Source of the DNA: an uncultured Candidatus Saccharibacteria bacterium
Lineage (GTDB): Bacteria; Patescibacteriota; Doudnabacteria; UBA920
Length of the DNA stretch: 58,516 bases
Reading direction: 5' to 3'
Assembly: GCA_964484145.1 (NCBI GenBank)
Contig: CAZAED010000003.1
Coordinates: forward strand, 1-58,516
Both the position numbers and the translations under genes were made by a program. Below are positions 51,095 through 58,516 of this stretch, one piece after another. The number at the start of each line of letters is the position of its first letter. Within the stretch, counting starts at the first letter, position 1. The notes under the pieces were generated by a model. It ran no database searches, was not told the origin of the DNA, and was given only the letters and a program-made list of their open reading frames with translations.

Positions 51095-51211
51095 TTGGAA
51101 ATGTTAAAAAATTTCGTTAAAACAAATAAATATGTTGTAATTAATTGTTTGCTATTTAACCCCAGATATTCTTTTAGGTTTTTTTATTTTGTCTGTGGAT
51201 AGAATATTCAG

Positions 51212-51237
51212 ATATTGGATATTGGATATTGGATATT
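51212..51237. repeat. (ATATTGG)3.7 tandem repeat, reverse complement of the (ATATCCA)4 repeat inside rnhA
   Basis: Exact 7-nt periodicity. Confidence 0.9.
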
Positions 51238-51281
51238 AAGAAAGACCAATAAAATGGCTATTTTTTTGTTTGTAAATAGTT

Positions 51282-51310
51282 TTGACCGGTGTTAAAAGGT
51301 GGGGTATAAT
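51282..51310 (+). promoter_or_regulatory. sigma70-like promoter of the dcw cluster
   Basis: TTGACC-17 nt-TATAAT. Confidence 0.65.
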
Positions 51311-51316
51311 TGTTTT

Positions 51317-51521
51317 AGATGTTTAAAAGTGGTATTTGGTGGGAAAAAGTGGGGAATATGGTGGAAAACCCCCAGTACCAGTCGCTACGACATAAATGTC
51401 GGCTCCGGTACGGGGCGCTACGCGAACTAAAACATCTTAAATTTGTAGTCATTTTTGGCTTCCAGCCCTGGCTTTTTAAGAAAACCGGGGCTGGTCTCTC
51501 CTTTAAAAAGACACGGTTAAT
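51317..51521 (+). promoter_or_regulatory. ~200-nt GC-rich structured leader of mraZ
   Basis: A G-tract region at 51338-51368, hairpin 51370-51415 (CCCC-A-GTACC.../GGTACGGGG with inner CGACA-TAAA-TGTCG), and a 10-bp hairpin 51462-51494 (CCAGCCCTGG / CCGGGGCTGG). Confidence 0.6.
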
Positions 51522-51953
51522 ATGTTTATAGGTGAATACCAAGCAAGTATAGACGAAAAAGGCAGAATTTCAGTTCCCGCCAAATTTAGAACAGAACTTA
51601 AAAAGAAAGTGGTGGTTACAAGAGGCTTAGACAATTCTTTATTCCTTTATTCAATGGACGAATGGAAGAAGCTTGCCGAGAAATTATCTGGACTACCTAT
51701 AGCGAAAGCCAACACCAGAGCATTTAGCCGTTTAATGCTTGCCGGAGCTATGGACTGCGAAATAGACAAACAGGGCAGAATTATTTTACCAAACTACTTA
51801 AAAGAATTTGCGAAAATAGGCAAGAAGGCAATTATAGCAGGACTCTATAACCGTATAGAAATTTGGAGTGAAGAGTTGTGGACAGCGTACAAACAGCAGA
51901 CAGAAGCTGCGAGTAACCAAATAGCAGAACAGTTGGGAAGTTTAGGAGTGTAG
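51522..51953 (+). CDS. mraZ: transcriptional regulator MraZ
   Basis: MFIGEY---D-KGR-S-PAKFR and a second DKQGRI-LP repeat. Confidence 0.93.
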   Translation: MFIGEYQASIDEKGRISVPAKFRTELKKKVVVTRGLDNSLFLYSMDEWKKLAEKLSGLPIAKANTRAFSRLMLAGAMDCEIDKQGRIILPNYLKEFAKIGKKAIIAGLYNRIEIWSEELWTAYKQQTEAASNQIAEQLGSLGV

Positions 51954-52026
51954 GATGAATGACAAGAATGAGCAAGATTTAAATGATTGACAAGATTTAA
52001 TACAAATCCGGCCCAATTTTAATTCA

Positions 52027-52974
52027 ATGACTTATGAACATATTCCAGTATTACTTAATGAGGTTATATTTTACCTTCAGCCTAAGGCCGGTGAGAATTT
52101 TGTGGACGCGACGCTAGGAGGGGGTGGGTACACAAGGGCTATACTAGACAAAATTCAGCCAGGGGGCAGGGTGCTGGCTATAGATCTTGATAAAGACGCC
52201 TTAAAGAATACAGAAGTGGGAATGCAGAATGCAGAATTAGAGAAAAACTTAGTTTTACATCACGGGAACTTTCAAAACATAAACAAAATAACAAAAGAAC
52301 ATGTATTTAGTAATATTTCAGGCATTGTGGCAGATTTGGGACTTTCGTCATATGAACTTGACCAATCTACCCGAGGATTTAGTTTTCAAAAAAAAGAACC
52401 GCTAGATATGCGGTTTGACCAGAGTCAGCCGGAAGACGCGAAATACATTTTAAATAACTACGACGAAGAAAGATTAAGAAAAATTTTTGAAGACTACGGA
52501 GAGGAAAAGTTTAGTCGCCAGATAGCAAGAAGGGTGACGAGTGACAGGTTACGGGTGACTGGGGGTATAAAACACACCCATGAGTTATATCAAATTATCC
52601 AAGATGCCTTACCAAAACCGGTTAAACATAAGGCAGACGACAGTGCTAGAAGAATATTCCAGGCTTTAAGAATAGCAGTTAACCATGAATTAGCTTCGCT
52701 CGAGGAATTTTTACCTAAAGCATTCGACATTTTAAACCCAGGCGGCAGGCTAGTAATAGTAAGCTTCCATTCTTTAGAAGACAGGCAGGTAAAACAGTAT
52801 TTTAACAGTTTAACAAAAGGATGTGTTTGTCCAATAGATTTCCCTCAGTGTGTGTGCGGTAAAAATCCGCAAGGAAAATTATTAACTAAGAAAATTGTTA
52901 CGGCTTCCGAGCAAGAATTGTTAGATAACCCAAGGTCTAAGCCGGCAAAATTAAGAGCAATAGTTAAATTATAA
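52027..52974 (+). CDS. rsmH: 16S rRNA (cytosine1402-N4)-methyltransferase RsmH
   Basis: H-PVL--E, DATLGGGGY, DLG-SS-QLD, FSF and SFHSLEDR-VK motifs. Confidence 0.94.
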   Translation: MTYEHIPVLLNEVIFYLQPKAGENFVDATLGGGGYTRAILDKIQPGGRVLAIDLDKDALKNTEVGMQNAELEKNLVLHHGNFQNINKITKEHVFSNISGIVADLGLSSYELDQSTRGFSFQKKEPLDMRFDQSQPEDAKYILNNYDEERLRKIFEDYGEEKFSRQIARRVTSDRLRVTGGIKHTHELYQIIQDALPKPVKHKADDSARRIFQALRIAVNHELASLEEFLPKAFDILNPGGRLVIVSFHSLEDRQVKQYFNSLTKGCVCPIDFPQCVCGKNPQGKLLTKKIVTASEQELLDNPRSKPAKLRAIVKL

Positions 52975-53081
52975 CTGATTATTGATAATTAATAACTTAT
53001 AACATCCGCCAAAAGCTCAAAAGGGAGCATTTAGGCGGATCCGCCTCTGGCGGAAAAAACCAAAATAAAAACAAAAAATAT

Positions 53082-53450
53082 ATGATAAAAACAGACGTTT
53101 TACAAAATTTATTTCTTCAAACTCGCCCACAACTCTCCGCATCTAAAAGAAATTTTGGCGTAGAGCAACAAGCCAGGCCTTGGCTAGTTTACGCAGTAAT
53201 CGCGGTTAATGCAGCCTTACTTTTAAGCTATTTATTGGGAGTTAATGCAAGGGCTTCTACTGGGTACGAAATAAAAGAAATGCAAAAGCAAGTTTTAAAA
53301 TTAAACGAAGAGCAAAAGGCTCTTAATTTAAAACTTTCTGAGGCCACAGCTATTTCGGTATTAACTGACGATTTTTCTAGAAATGGTTTTGTGCAGGCCG
53401 GCGCGCCGATTTTTGTAACAATGCAGGCTCCTGCTACCGCAATGAAATAA
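53082..53450 (+). CDS. FtsL-like cell-division protein
   Basis: Position between rsmH and ftsI; a single TM helix followed by a coiled coil. Confidence 0.6.
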   Translation: MIKTDVLQNLFLQTRPQLSASKRNFGVEQQARPWLVYAVIAVNAALLLSYLLGVNARASTGYEIKEMQKQVLKLNEEQKALNLKLSEATAISVLTDDFSRNGFVQAGAPIFVTMQAPATAMK

Positions 53451-53452
53451 TA

Positions 53453-53563
53453 TTCACGGATAGACGAATTACACTGATGACACAGATACTATGATAAAAC
53501 GGGTTCATAGATGGGGTTGTAATAAGAATCTGTGGAATTTGTGGTATCCGTGTATTTGTGAAT
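53453..53563 (+). repeat. word-hairpin, family G
   Basis: TTCACGGATAGACGAATTACACTGATGACACAGATACT faces GAATCTGTGGAATTTGTGGTATCCGTGTATTTGTGAAT. Confidence 0.88.
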
Positions 53564-53571
53564 AATAATCT

Positions 53572-55311
53572 ATGGCGCTACGAAAAATAAAAAATCCATT
53601 AGACACAAGAAGCAGTTTATTGGCTGCTTTTTTTATACTGTGTTTTTTTGTAATTTTACTTCGGTTGGCTAATTTGCAAATTTTGCACGGCTCAGAAAAC
53701 AAAAGCAAGGCGGAGTCACAAAGAAATATGGTATTAAAGCTTTTGCCTACCAGAGGTGAAATAAACTTAGTTGAAAGTTCAACGCAGCAACTTTTGCCGG
53801 TAGCTACCAACATAGAAAAACCTTTGGTTTATGGTGTGCCCGCGGATGTGCAAAATCCGGTTTTAGCTGCCGCAAGCCTTTCTGCAATTTTAAATGTAGA
53901 TCAAAATGAGTTGTTAACTAAGTTAGCTAACAAGCAAAAAAAATATGTAGTTTTAAAAAAACAGTTAAGCGAGGAAGAAGTAAATAAAATTAAGGAGCTT
54001 AAATTAAGCGGTATTTTTTTTGACGGCGAAGGTTTTAGGTTATACCCGCAAGGCAATTTGCTCTCGCAGGTTTTGGGTTTTGTAGGGTATAAAGGCGACA
54101 CAAAGCAAGGGGTTTATGGTCTTGAAAGTTATTTTGAAAGCGAACTTTCCGGCAAAGAAGGTCTGCTTAAGCAAGAAGGTGATATAAGCGGCGCTTGGAT
54201 ATTTGGTGGAAACAGGCAAATAGAGGAAGCTAAAGATGGCGACTCTTTAATTTTAACTATAGACAAAAATATTCAGTACGAAGCGCAGAAAGTTTTAAAA
54301 GACACTGTTGAAAAAAATGAAGCTGACAGCGGAACCGTAATTATTGCGGACCCAAAAACCGGCAAAATTTTAGCCATGGCTGGGTTTCCGGATTTTGACC
54401 CAAACAAATTTAACGAAGTAACCGACCCCGCTGCCTTTAACAACGAAGCCACGAGCGGCGTGTATGAACCGGGTAGCGTGTTTAAACCTTTAACCATGGC
54501 CGCGGCAATAAACGAAGGTAAAATTACACCGGACACCACTTTTGTAGACGAAGGGTTTGTTAAAATAGACGACAAAACCATAAAGAATTCAGACCCAAAG
54601 CCTAGAGGATTGCAAACAATGACTCAGGCGTTAGAGGAGTCTTTAAACACAGGTTTAATATTTGCCAAAGACCAAATCGGTAACCAAAAGTTTTTAGAAT
54701 ATGTAAAGCGTTTTGGTTTTGGCGAAAAAACCGGTATTGAATTAATGGAAAAGAAGGGGAATTTAGACAACTTAAAAGCAAATATTAATGTAAACTATGC
54801 GACTGCAAGTTTTGGTCAGGGTTTAACAGTAACGCCTATTCAGCTAATACAAGCTTTTTCGGTTTTTTCTAATAGCGGAAAAATGATAAAACCCTATATT
54901 GTGGCAAGTAAAATTTCACCCGAGGGGCAAAGGAAAGACATAAAACCTACTGTGGTTAGGGAAGTAATTTCTCCTCAGACCGCTAATACAGTTACCGCAA
55001 TGATGGTAAATGTAGTAGAAAATGGCCATGGCAAAAGAGCCGGGGTGCCCGGGTACTATATTGCAGGTAAAACTGGCACAGCTCAAGTGTCGAGACAAAA
55101 TGGTCTTGGTTATGAAGAGAATGTTAACATTGGTACCTTTATAGGTTTTGGACCGGTGGAAGACCCGAGATTTTTAATGCTGGTTCGTGTAGACAAACCT
55201 AAGACGGTCAAGTTCGCGGAAAGTACGGCTGCGCCGGCTTTTGGACAACTTGCACAGTATCTTTTAAACTATTATCAGGTACCACCGACAAGAGAAATAA
55301 AGAAGAAATGA
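53572..55311 (+). CDS. ftsI: penicillin-binding protein (FtsI/PBP2-type transpeptidase)
   Basis: TM anchor, PBP dimerisation region, SVFKP (SxxK), SLN (SxN-like) and KTGTA motifs. Confidence 0.9.
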   Translation: MALRKIKNPLDTRSSLLAAFFILCFFVILLRLANLQILHGSENKSKAESQRNMVLKLLPTRGEINLVESSTQQLLPVATNIEKPLVYGVPADVQNPVLAAASLSAILNVDQNELLTKLANKQKKYVVLKKQLSEEEVNKIKELKLSGIFFDGEGFRLYPQGNLLSQVLGFVGYKGDTKQGVYGLESYFESELSGKEGLLKQEGDISGAWIFGGNRQIEEAKDGDSLILTIDKNIQYEAQKVLKDTVEKNEADSGTVIIADPKTGKILAMAGFPDFDPNKFNEVTDPAAFNNEATSGVYEPGSVFKPLTMAAAINEGKITPDTTFVDEGFVKIDDKTIKNSDPKPRGLQTMTQALEESLNTGLIFAKDQIGNQKFLEYVKRFGFGEKTGIELMEKKGNLDNLKANINVNYATASFGQGLTVTPIQLIQAFSVFSNSGKMIKPYIVASKISPEGQRKDIKPTVVREVISPQTANTVTAMMVNVVENGHGKRAGVPGYYIAGKTGTAQVSRQNGLGYEENVNIGTFIGFGPVEDPRFLMLVRVDKPKTVKFAESTAAPAFGQLAQYLLNYYQVPPTREIKKK

Positions 55312-55491
55312 CAAAATTGACATAATCGACGGAATTGACAAAATTAGGGGCACAACTGCAGTGTAATTATGTCAATTTTTTAAATTATTCCCGCCTGCCA
55401 AAATTAGTCTTTTTACATCGCCGACTTATGACTATCAATAATCTTTTATAAGATAAACATTTGGCGGGCAGGTAAATTTTGTCTATTCTGG
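55308..55491 (+). repeat. ~175-nt dispersed structured element, copy B (includes ftsI stop codon)
   Basis: See copy A. The loop carries CTGCAG at 55356-55361. The stem is CCCGCCTGCCAAA / TTTGGCGGGCAGG. Confidence 0.9.
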
Positions 55492-55555
55492 CGGCGACGC
55501 TTGCTAAAGCCAATAAAGTTTGTTAATATCAACAAAACATTATTAAAAAATTCTT

Positions 55556-56545
55556 GTGCCTCAAAAAATATTTAAACAACACGTTGAATTACATTCCCAT
55601 TTGGGTTCAGCCGTACATCCTTCCATACTGTGGGCAATTTCCCATAGGCAAGGTATAAAACTTCCTACTAAAAGCTATTGGGAGTTTGAAGATATGATAA
55701 CTATGACGGGGGAAGAAAAAAATAAAAATCTTGACCAAATGGACAAGAATTTTTTTCATTGGACAGAGCTTATTCAGTCTTCGCCGGAAGCTATAGAAGA
55801 GTCGGTTAAAGGCACTATTGCCGGCGGGTTTAGAAAAAGTAATATTGTACTACACGAACTTAGGTTTAACCCTATGAAACGTAACCGCGGGGGCGAGAGG
55901 GATTTAGACCATATTATTTTTTCCGGACTTTGGGGCGCGCAAAAAGCAACTTTGGAATACCCTCAGGTGAAAGCGGGAATAATTTTAATGATGGGCAGAA
56001 GTTTAAGCTTTAGTCAGAACGAAATTATTACTAGCAAAGCTATAAAATATAAGCACGAAGGCATAATTGGTCTAGATATTGCAGACCCTGAAAGAAAAAC
56101 TTTTTCTATGAAAAAGCATAAGGTCTTGTTTGAAAGAGCCAGAGAAGCGGGTCTTGGTGTTACAATACATACCGGCGAAGCAGGTTCGCTCGATGAGCTT
56201 AAATATGTAGTAAGGGAAATAAAGCCAAACCGAATAGGGCATGGTATTTTGTGCGTAAAGGACAAAAAGCTTATGGAAGATATTGTCGCAAATAATATTA
56301 CTTTGGAAATTTGTCCTACTTCGAATCTTCGTAATAGCGTAGTTAAAAATGTTACTGAACTAAAAAATATTATTCACACTTTGTTAAAGCATAGCGTAAA
56401 GTTTACTATAAATACCGACGGTCCTGAAATGTACAAAAGCAATATTGTTCACGAAGAAGAATTTTTGTTAAAAAATGGTATACTTACCCAAACTCAGCTA
56501 GACCAATGCACCAAATGGGCATTTGAAGCCAGCTTTATAAAATAA
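55556..56545 (+). CDS. add: adenosine deaminase-family amidohydrolase
   Basis: ELHSHLGS, HTGE, GHG and TINTD motifs; GTG start. Confidence 0.82.
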   Translation: MPQKIFKQHVELHSHLGSAVHPSILWAISHRQGIKLPTKSYWEFEDMITMTGEEKNKNLDQMDKNFFHWTELIQSSPEAIEESVKGTIAGGFRKSNIVLHELRFNPMKRNRGGERDLDHIIFSGLWGAQKATLEYPQVKAGIILMMGRSLSFSQNEIITSKAIKYKHEGIIGLDIADPERKTFSMKKHKVLFERAREAGLGVTIHTGEAGSLDELKYVVREIKPNRIGHGILCVKDKKLMEDIVANNITLEICPTSNLRNSVVKNVTELKNIIHTLLKHSVKFTINTDGPEMYKSNIVHEEEFLLKNGILTQTQLDQCTKWAFEASFIK

Positions 56546-56609
56546 AACCTTATGCTCTACTGTACTAGTACGCTAAAGCAAAAGGGTTAGGCGAAAATGA
56601 AATGAATTG

Positions 56610-56640
56610 AGCGCGGCAACCAAGGTTGGTTGCCGCGCTC
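56610..56640. terminator. bidirectional hairpin terminator between convergent add and the island-3 ORF
   Basis: GAGCGCGGCAACCAA-G-GTTGGTTGCCGCGCTC is a nearly perfect 15-bp stem. T-rich runs follow it on both strands. Confidence 0.85.
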
Positions 56641-56649
56641 TTTGATGCG

Positions 56650-57075
56650 TTACTTGGGCCGGGGCATTTCCATATACCCCAGTTTTTTCCACTCTGGTGG
56701 GAGTGGGTTGCTTACGAAGCGGAATCCGCCATTGCTTTTTGTGCTGTGCTCGACCAGCCAAATCACGGCGGGGAGATCCCTATCTCTATTGGTCGGTTCG
56801 TCGTGACGTGGTTTTTCCCCTATGGGAAACTGGTTCCGATGGAACACATGCCACCGCTTAGTTCCCCACCCTTTTTGAGGCCTGAATTCTTTGCCGACTG
56901 GCACAGCCCAACAGCGTTGTTGGGATTCGTCCGTGCAAGCGATCAGGAGAATTTTGTCCCCACGATCTTCCGCCGAGGTTACAAAACCCTCGGTAAGCCC
57001 CGAAGTGTTTTTCGGTTGCTCGGTTTGGGCGAACAGTCCGCCCAGAAAAAAACAAAAAGACGCGATCAGTTTCAT
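56650..57075 (-). CDS. orphan secreted 141-aa protein in high-GC island 3
   Basis: GAGGAGG RBS at 57087-57081, five nt from the ATG. Signal-peptide-like N-terminus MKLIASFCFFLGGLFAQ. A perfect hairpin terminator follows the stop. Confidence 0.6.
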   Translation of the reverse strand: MKLIASFCFFLGGLFAQTEQPKNTSGLTEGFVTSAEDRGDKILLIACTDESQQRCWAVPVGKEFRPQKGWGTKRWHVFHRNQFPIGEKPRHDEPTNRDRDLPAVIWLVEHSTKSNGGFRFVSNPLPPEWKKLGYMEMPRPK

Positions 57076-57116
57076 AGCGTCCTCCTCGCAAGGAGTTTAA
57101 CAGTTATAAAGGTATT

Positions 57117-57992
57117 TTACAAGGGTTTTTTGTTTGGTTTGGTAATTATTATTATGCCAAAAAATAGAGGGATAATTGCTAGTAGTTGCCACGGAGTAGG
57201 GGACTGGCGTAAAAATAAGTAGGCAAAAAATATTGTAAACAAAGGGCCAATGCAGGTTATGGCGTTAGCTTTAACTACCGGAATGCGGTGAATAGATTCC
57301 AGCCATAAAACTTTAGAAAGGCCAAAGAGCAAAATGCCGTTTATGGCTAATAGCCACCAACTACTGGCTATTTGAGGTAATGTAAAGCCTTGGTTTAACA
57401 AAAAAGCCGAAAGTAGTATGACCGGAAAGCTTATAGCAGTCCGCAGAAAAATTATGGTGTAACTGCTCGCGGTTTTGCGTGCTCTTTGCTGAAAAATATT
57501 GCCAATGGGGGAAAGTGCGGTTGAAGCTAAAAGCAGTAAATCGCCTTTGTTAACGTGCGAGCTTTTTGGTAAAAGTAAAATTAGCGCGCCTATTAACATA
57601 AGTATGGCGCCAAAAATATGTTTGCTGTCTAAATATTCTTTTTTCCAAACATTAAATACCAAATAGCTAAAGAATATTTCCATTTGAAGTATTACAGCCG
57701 CGTTGCCTGCAGTGGTGTATTTAAGTCCTATAAACTGTATAAAGTAAGAAAGTATGGAAATAAAAAAAGCGCCCCAAAATACGTCTATTAAAGTGCGCTT
57801 AACAAAAATTTGCGACCAAAGTTTTTTGTAAGTTAATATACCGGCAAAAAATACAGAAGCGGTTAAATAGCTTAAGGCTAAAGACGCCAGCGGTTTTAAA
57901 TTGGTAAATGACAGAATGGTTATAACAGGAAAAAGACTCCAAAGTATAGCCTCGGAAAGTATGTAAATTTCGCCTTTGCGGGATTCGGTCAT
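57117..57992 (-). CDS. EamA/DMT-family transporter
   Basis: Ten TM helices in two repeated halves, ~290 aa. Confidence 0.8.
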   Translation of the reverse strand: MTESRKGEIYILSEAILWSLFPVITILSFTNLKPLASLALSYLTASVFFAGILTYKKLWSQIFVKRTLIDVFWGAFFISILSYFIQFIGLKYTTAGNAAVILQMEIFFSYLVFNVWKKEYLDSKHIFGAILMLIGALILLLPKSSHVNKGDLLLLASTALSPIGNIFQQRARKTASSYTIIFLRTAISFPVILLSAFLLNQGFTLPQIASSWWLLAINGILLFGLSKVLWLESIHRIPVVKANAITCIGPLFTIFFAYLFLRQSPTPWQLLAIIPLFFGIIIITKPNKKPL

Positions 57993-58089
57993 AAAAGTTT
58001 ACGAAGTACGAATGGGTACGAACATACGAATATAAGTTAGCGGCAGTTATTTTTGTTTCGTAAGTTCGTAAAATTTCGTACTTCGTAAA
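57993..58089 (-). repeat. word-hairpin, family J ((TACGAA)n / (TTCGTA)n) upstream of the EamA gene
   Basis: TACGAAGTACGAATGGGTACGAACATACGAAT faces TTTCGTAAGTTCGTAAAATTTCGTACTTCGTAAA. Same stop-to-start layout, on the minus strand. Confidence 0.88.
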
Positions 58090-58516
58090 TTATTGAAATG
58101 TAATTACCACAATTTCCGGGTTGTTGCCAACGCGCTGGGGAGGGCCCCAAACGCCTGCTCCGGTTGTTGTATATACTTGGGTTTTATTTAAACTGTTAAG
58201 GCCAGTATGGAACTTGCCGTAAATTTTTTTGGTTATGTAGTTTAACGGCCAGACTTGACCTAAGTGGGTGTGGCCGGAAAGTTGCAGGGAAATGCCGGCT
58301 TCTGCCGCAACGTCTATATGAGAAGGCTCGTGCTTAATAAAAATACTCGGCTTTAATGAGTTTATTTTTAAATTTTTAAGTACGCCCTGCTCTTGTTCTT
58401 TTCTATGCGCCGCGCCAAAACCTACGCCAATAATTTGTACCCCGTCTACTTCTACCATCTCGTTGTTTAAAACTTTAATCCCAGCTTTGTGGAGCGCGTC
58501 AAAAAAAGGTTTTGGG
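58090..58516 (-). CDS. metallophosphoesterase, N-terminus outside window
   Basis: GHTH-GQ motif. The frame stays open upstream of the tracked Met to the window edge (...FDALHKAGIKVLNNEMVEVDG). Confidence 0.8.
   Translation of the reverse strand, partial: PKPFFDALHKAGIKVLNNEMVEVDGVQIIGVGFGAAHRKEQEQGVLKNLKINSLKPSIFIKHEPSHIDVAAEAGISLQLSGHTHLGQVWPLNYITKKIYGKFHTGLNSLNKTQVYTTTGAGVWGPPQRVGNNPEIVVITFQ

Noticed and set aside
50239-51120. Nested ORFs within island 2 (50239-50445, 50432-50617 minus, 50526-50723 minus, 50623-50808, 50836-51120, 50892-51083 minus, 50085-50411 minus)
   Set aside because: These are multiple overlapping frames, as expected in GC-rich DNA. Only the 290-aa frame spans promoter to terminator.
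51190-51205. A DnaA-box-like TGTGGATAG as a hint of a replication origin
   Set aside because: It is a single imperfect box, with no cluster and no dnaA/dnaN nearby.
51319-51531. 70-aa and 75-aa ORFs in the mraZ leader
   Set aside because: They have no RBS or typical start context. They overlap on both strands in a GC-rich hairpin-forming segment. They are more parsimoniously explained as non-coding leader sequence.
42390-57116. High-GC islands as assembly chimeras or contamination
   Set aside because: Each island is short (0.5-1 kb) and flanked on both sides by native low-GC genes. Each begins and ends at promoter/terminator boundaries. This cannot be fully excluded without read mapping, so it is listed as a check in the findings.
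56626-57222. 198-aa plus-strand ORF across island 3 and into the EamA gene
   Set aside because: It overlaps the 3' end of the EamA CDS on the opposite strand. It lacks an RBS and starts inside the terminator hairpin. The minus-strand ORF has an SD, a signal peptide and a terminator.

Overview
A low-GC bacterial chromosome segment (hand-counted sample lines give about 33-38% GC) with the look of a reduced Candidate Phyla Radiation/Patescibacteria-type genome. Genes are almost all on the + strand and tightly packed. Content runs in this order: the S10/spc ribosomal-protein operon from rpsS to secY (no rpmD); a HAD hydrolase, a YerC/TrpR-like regulator and a zincin; a VirD4/TraD-like ATPase; dnaX; htrA; ruvX; a sugar-phosphate block (galT-like, tpiA, rpiB, rpe, split transketolase, PfkB kinase, gap, pgk, gpmI); recJ; rnhA; mreB; dinB; a histidine kinase/response regulator pair; a SpoU methyltransferase; a truncated dcw cluster (mraZ-rsmH-ftsL-like-ftsI); adenosine deaminase; an EamA transporter. 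No rRNA, tRNA, CRISPR array, transposase or integrase was recognised. Four things stand out. (1) Nearly every intergenic spacer is a stop-to-start inverted repeat built from a small vocabulary of reiterated 7-9 nt words. Shine-Dalgarno sequences are mostly absent, and the same words occur in frame inside several conserved genes and across stop codons. (2) Three short islands of about 50-60% GC (42.39-42.96 kb, 50.09-51.10 kb, 56.56-57.12 kb) each carry an orphan ORF with a strong GGAGG-type RBS. The first island is preceded by a T-box-like antiterminator/terminator leader. (3) A dispersed element of about 175 bp and a stop-codon-overlapping two-hairpin element of about 55 nt are each present twice. 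(4) mraZ has a GC-rich structured leader of about 200 nt. All functional calls come from reading motifs by eye; no database search was run.
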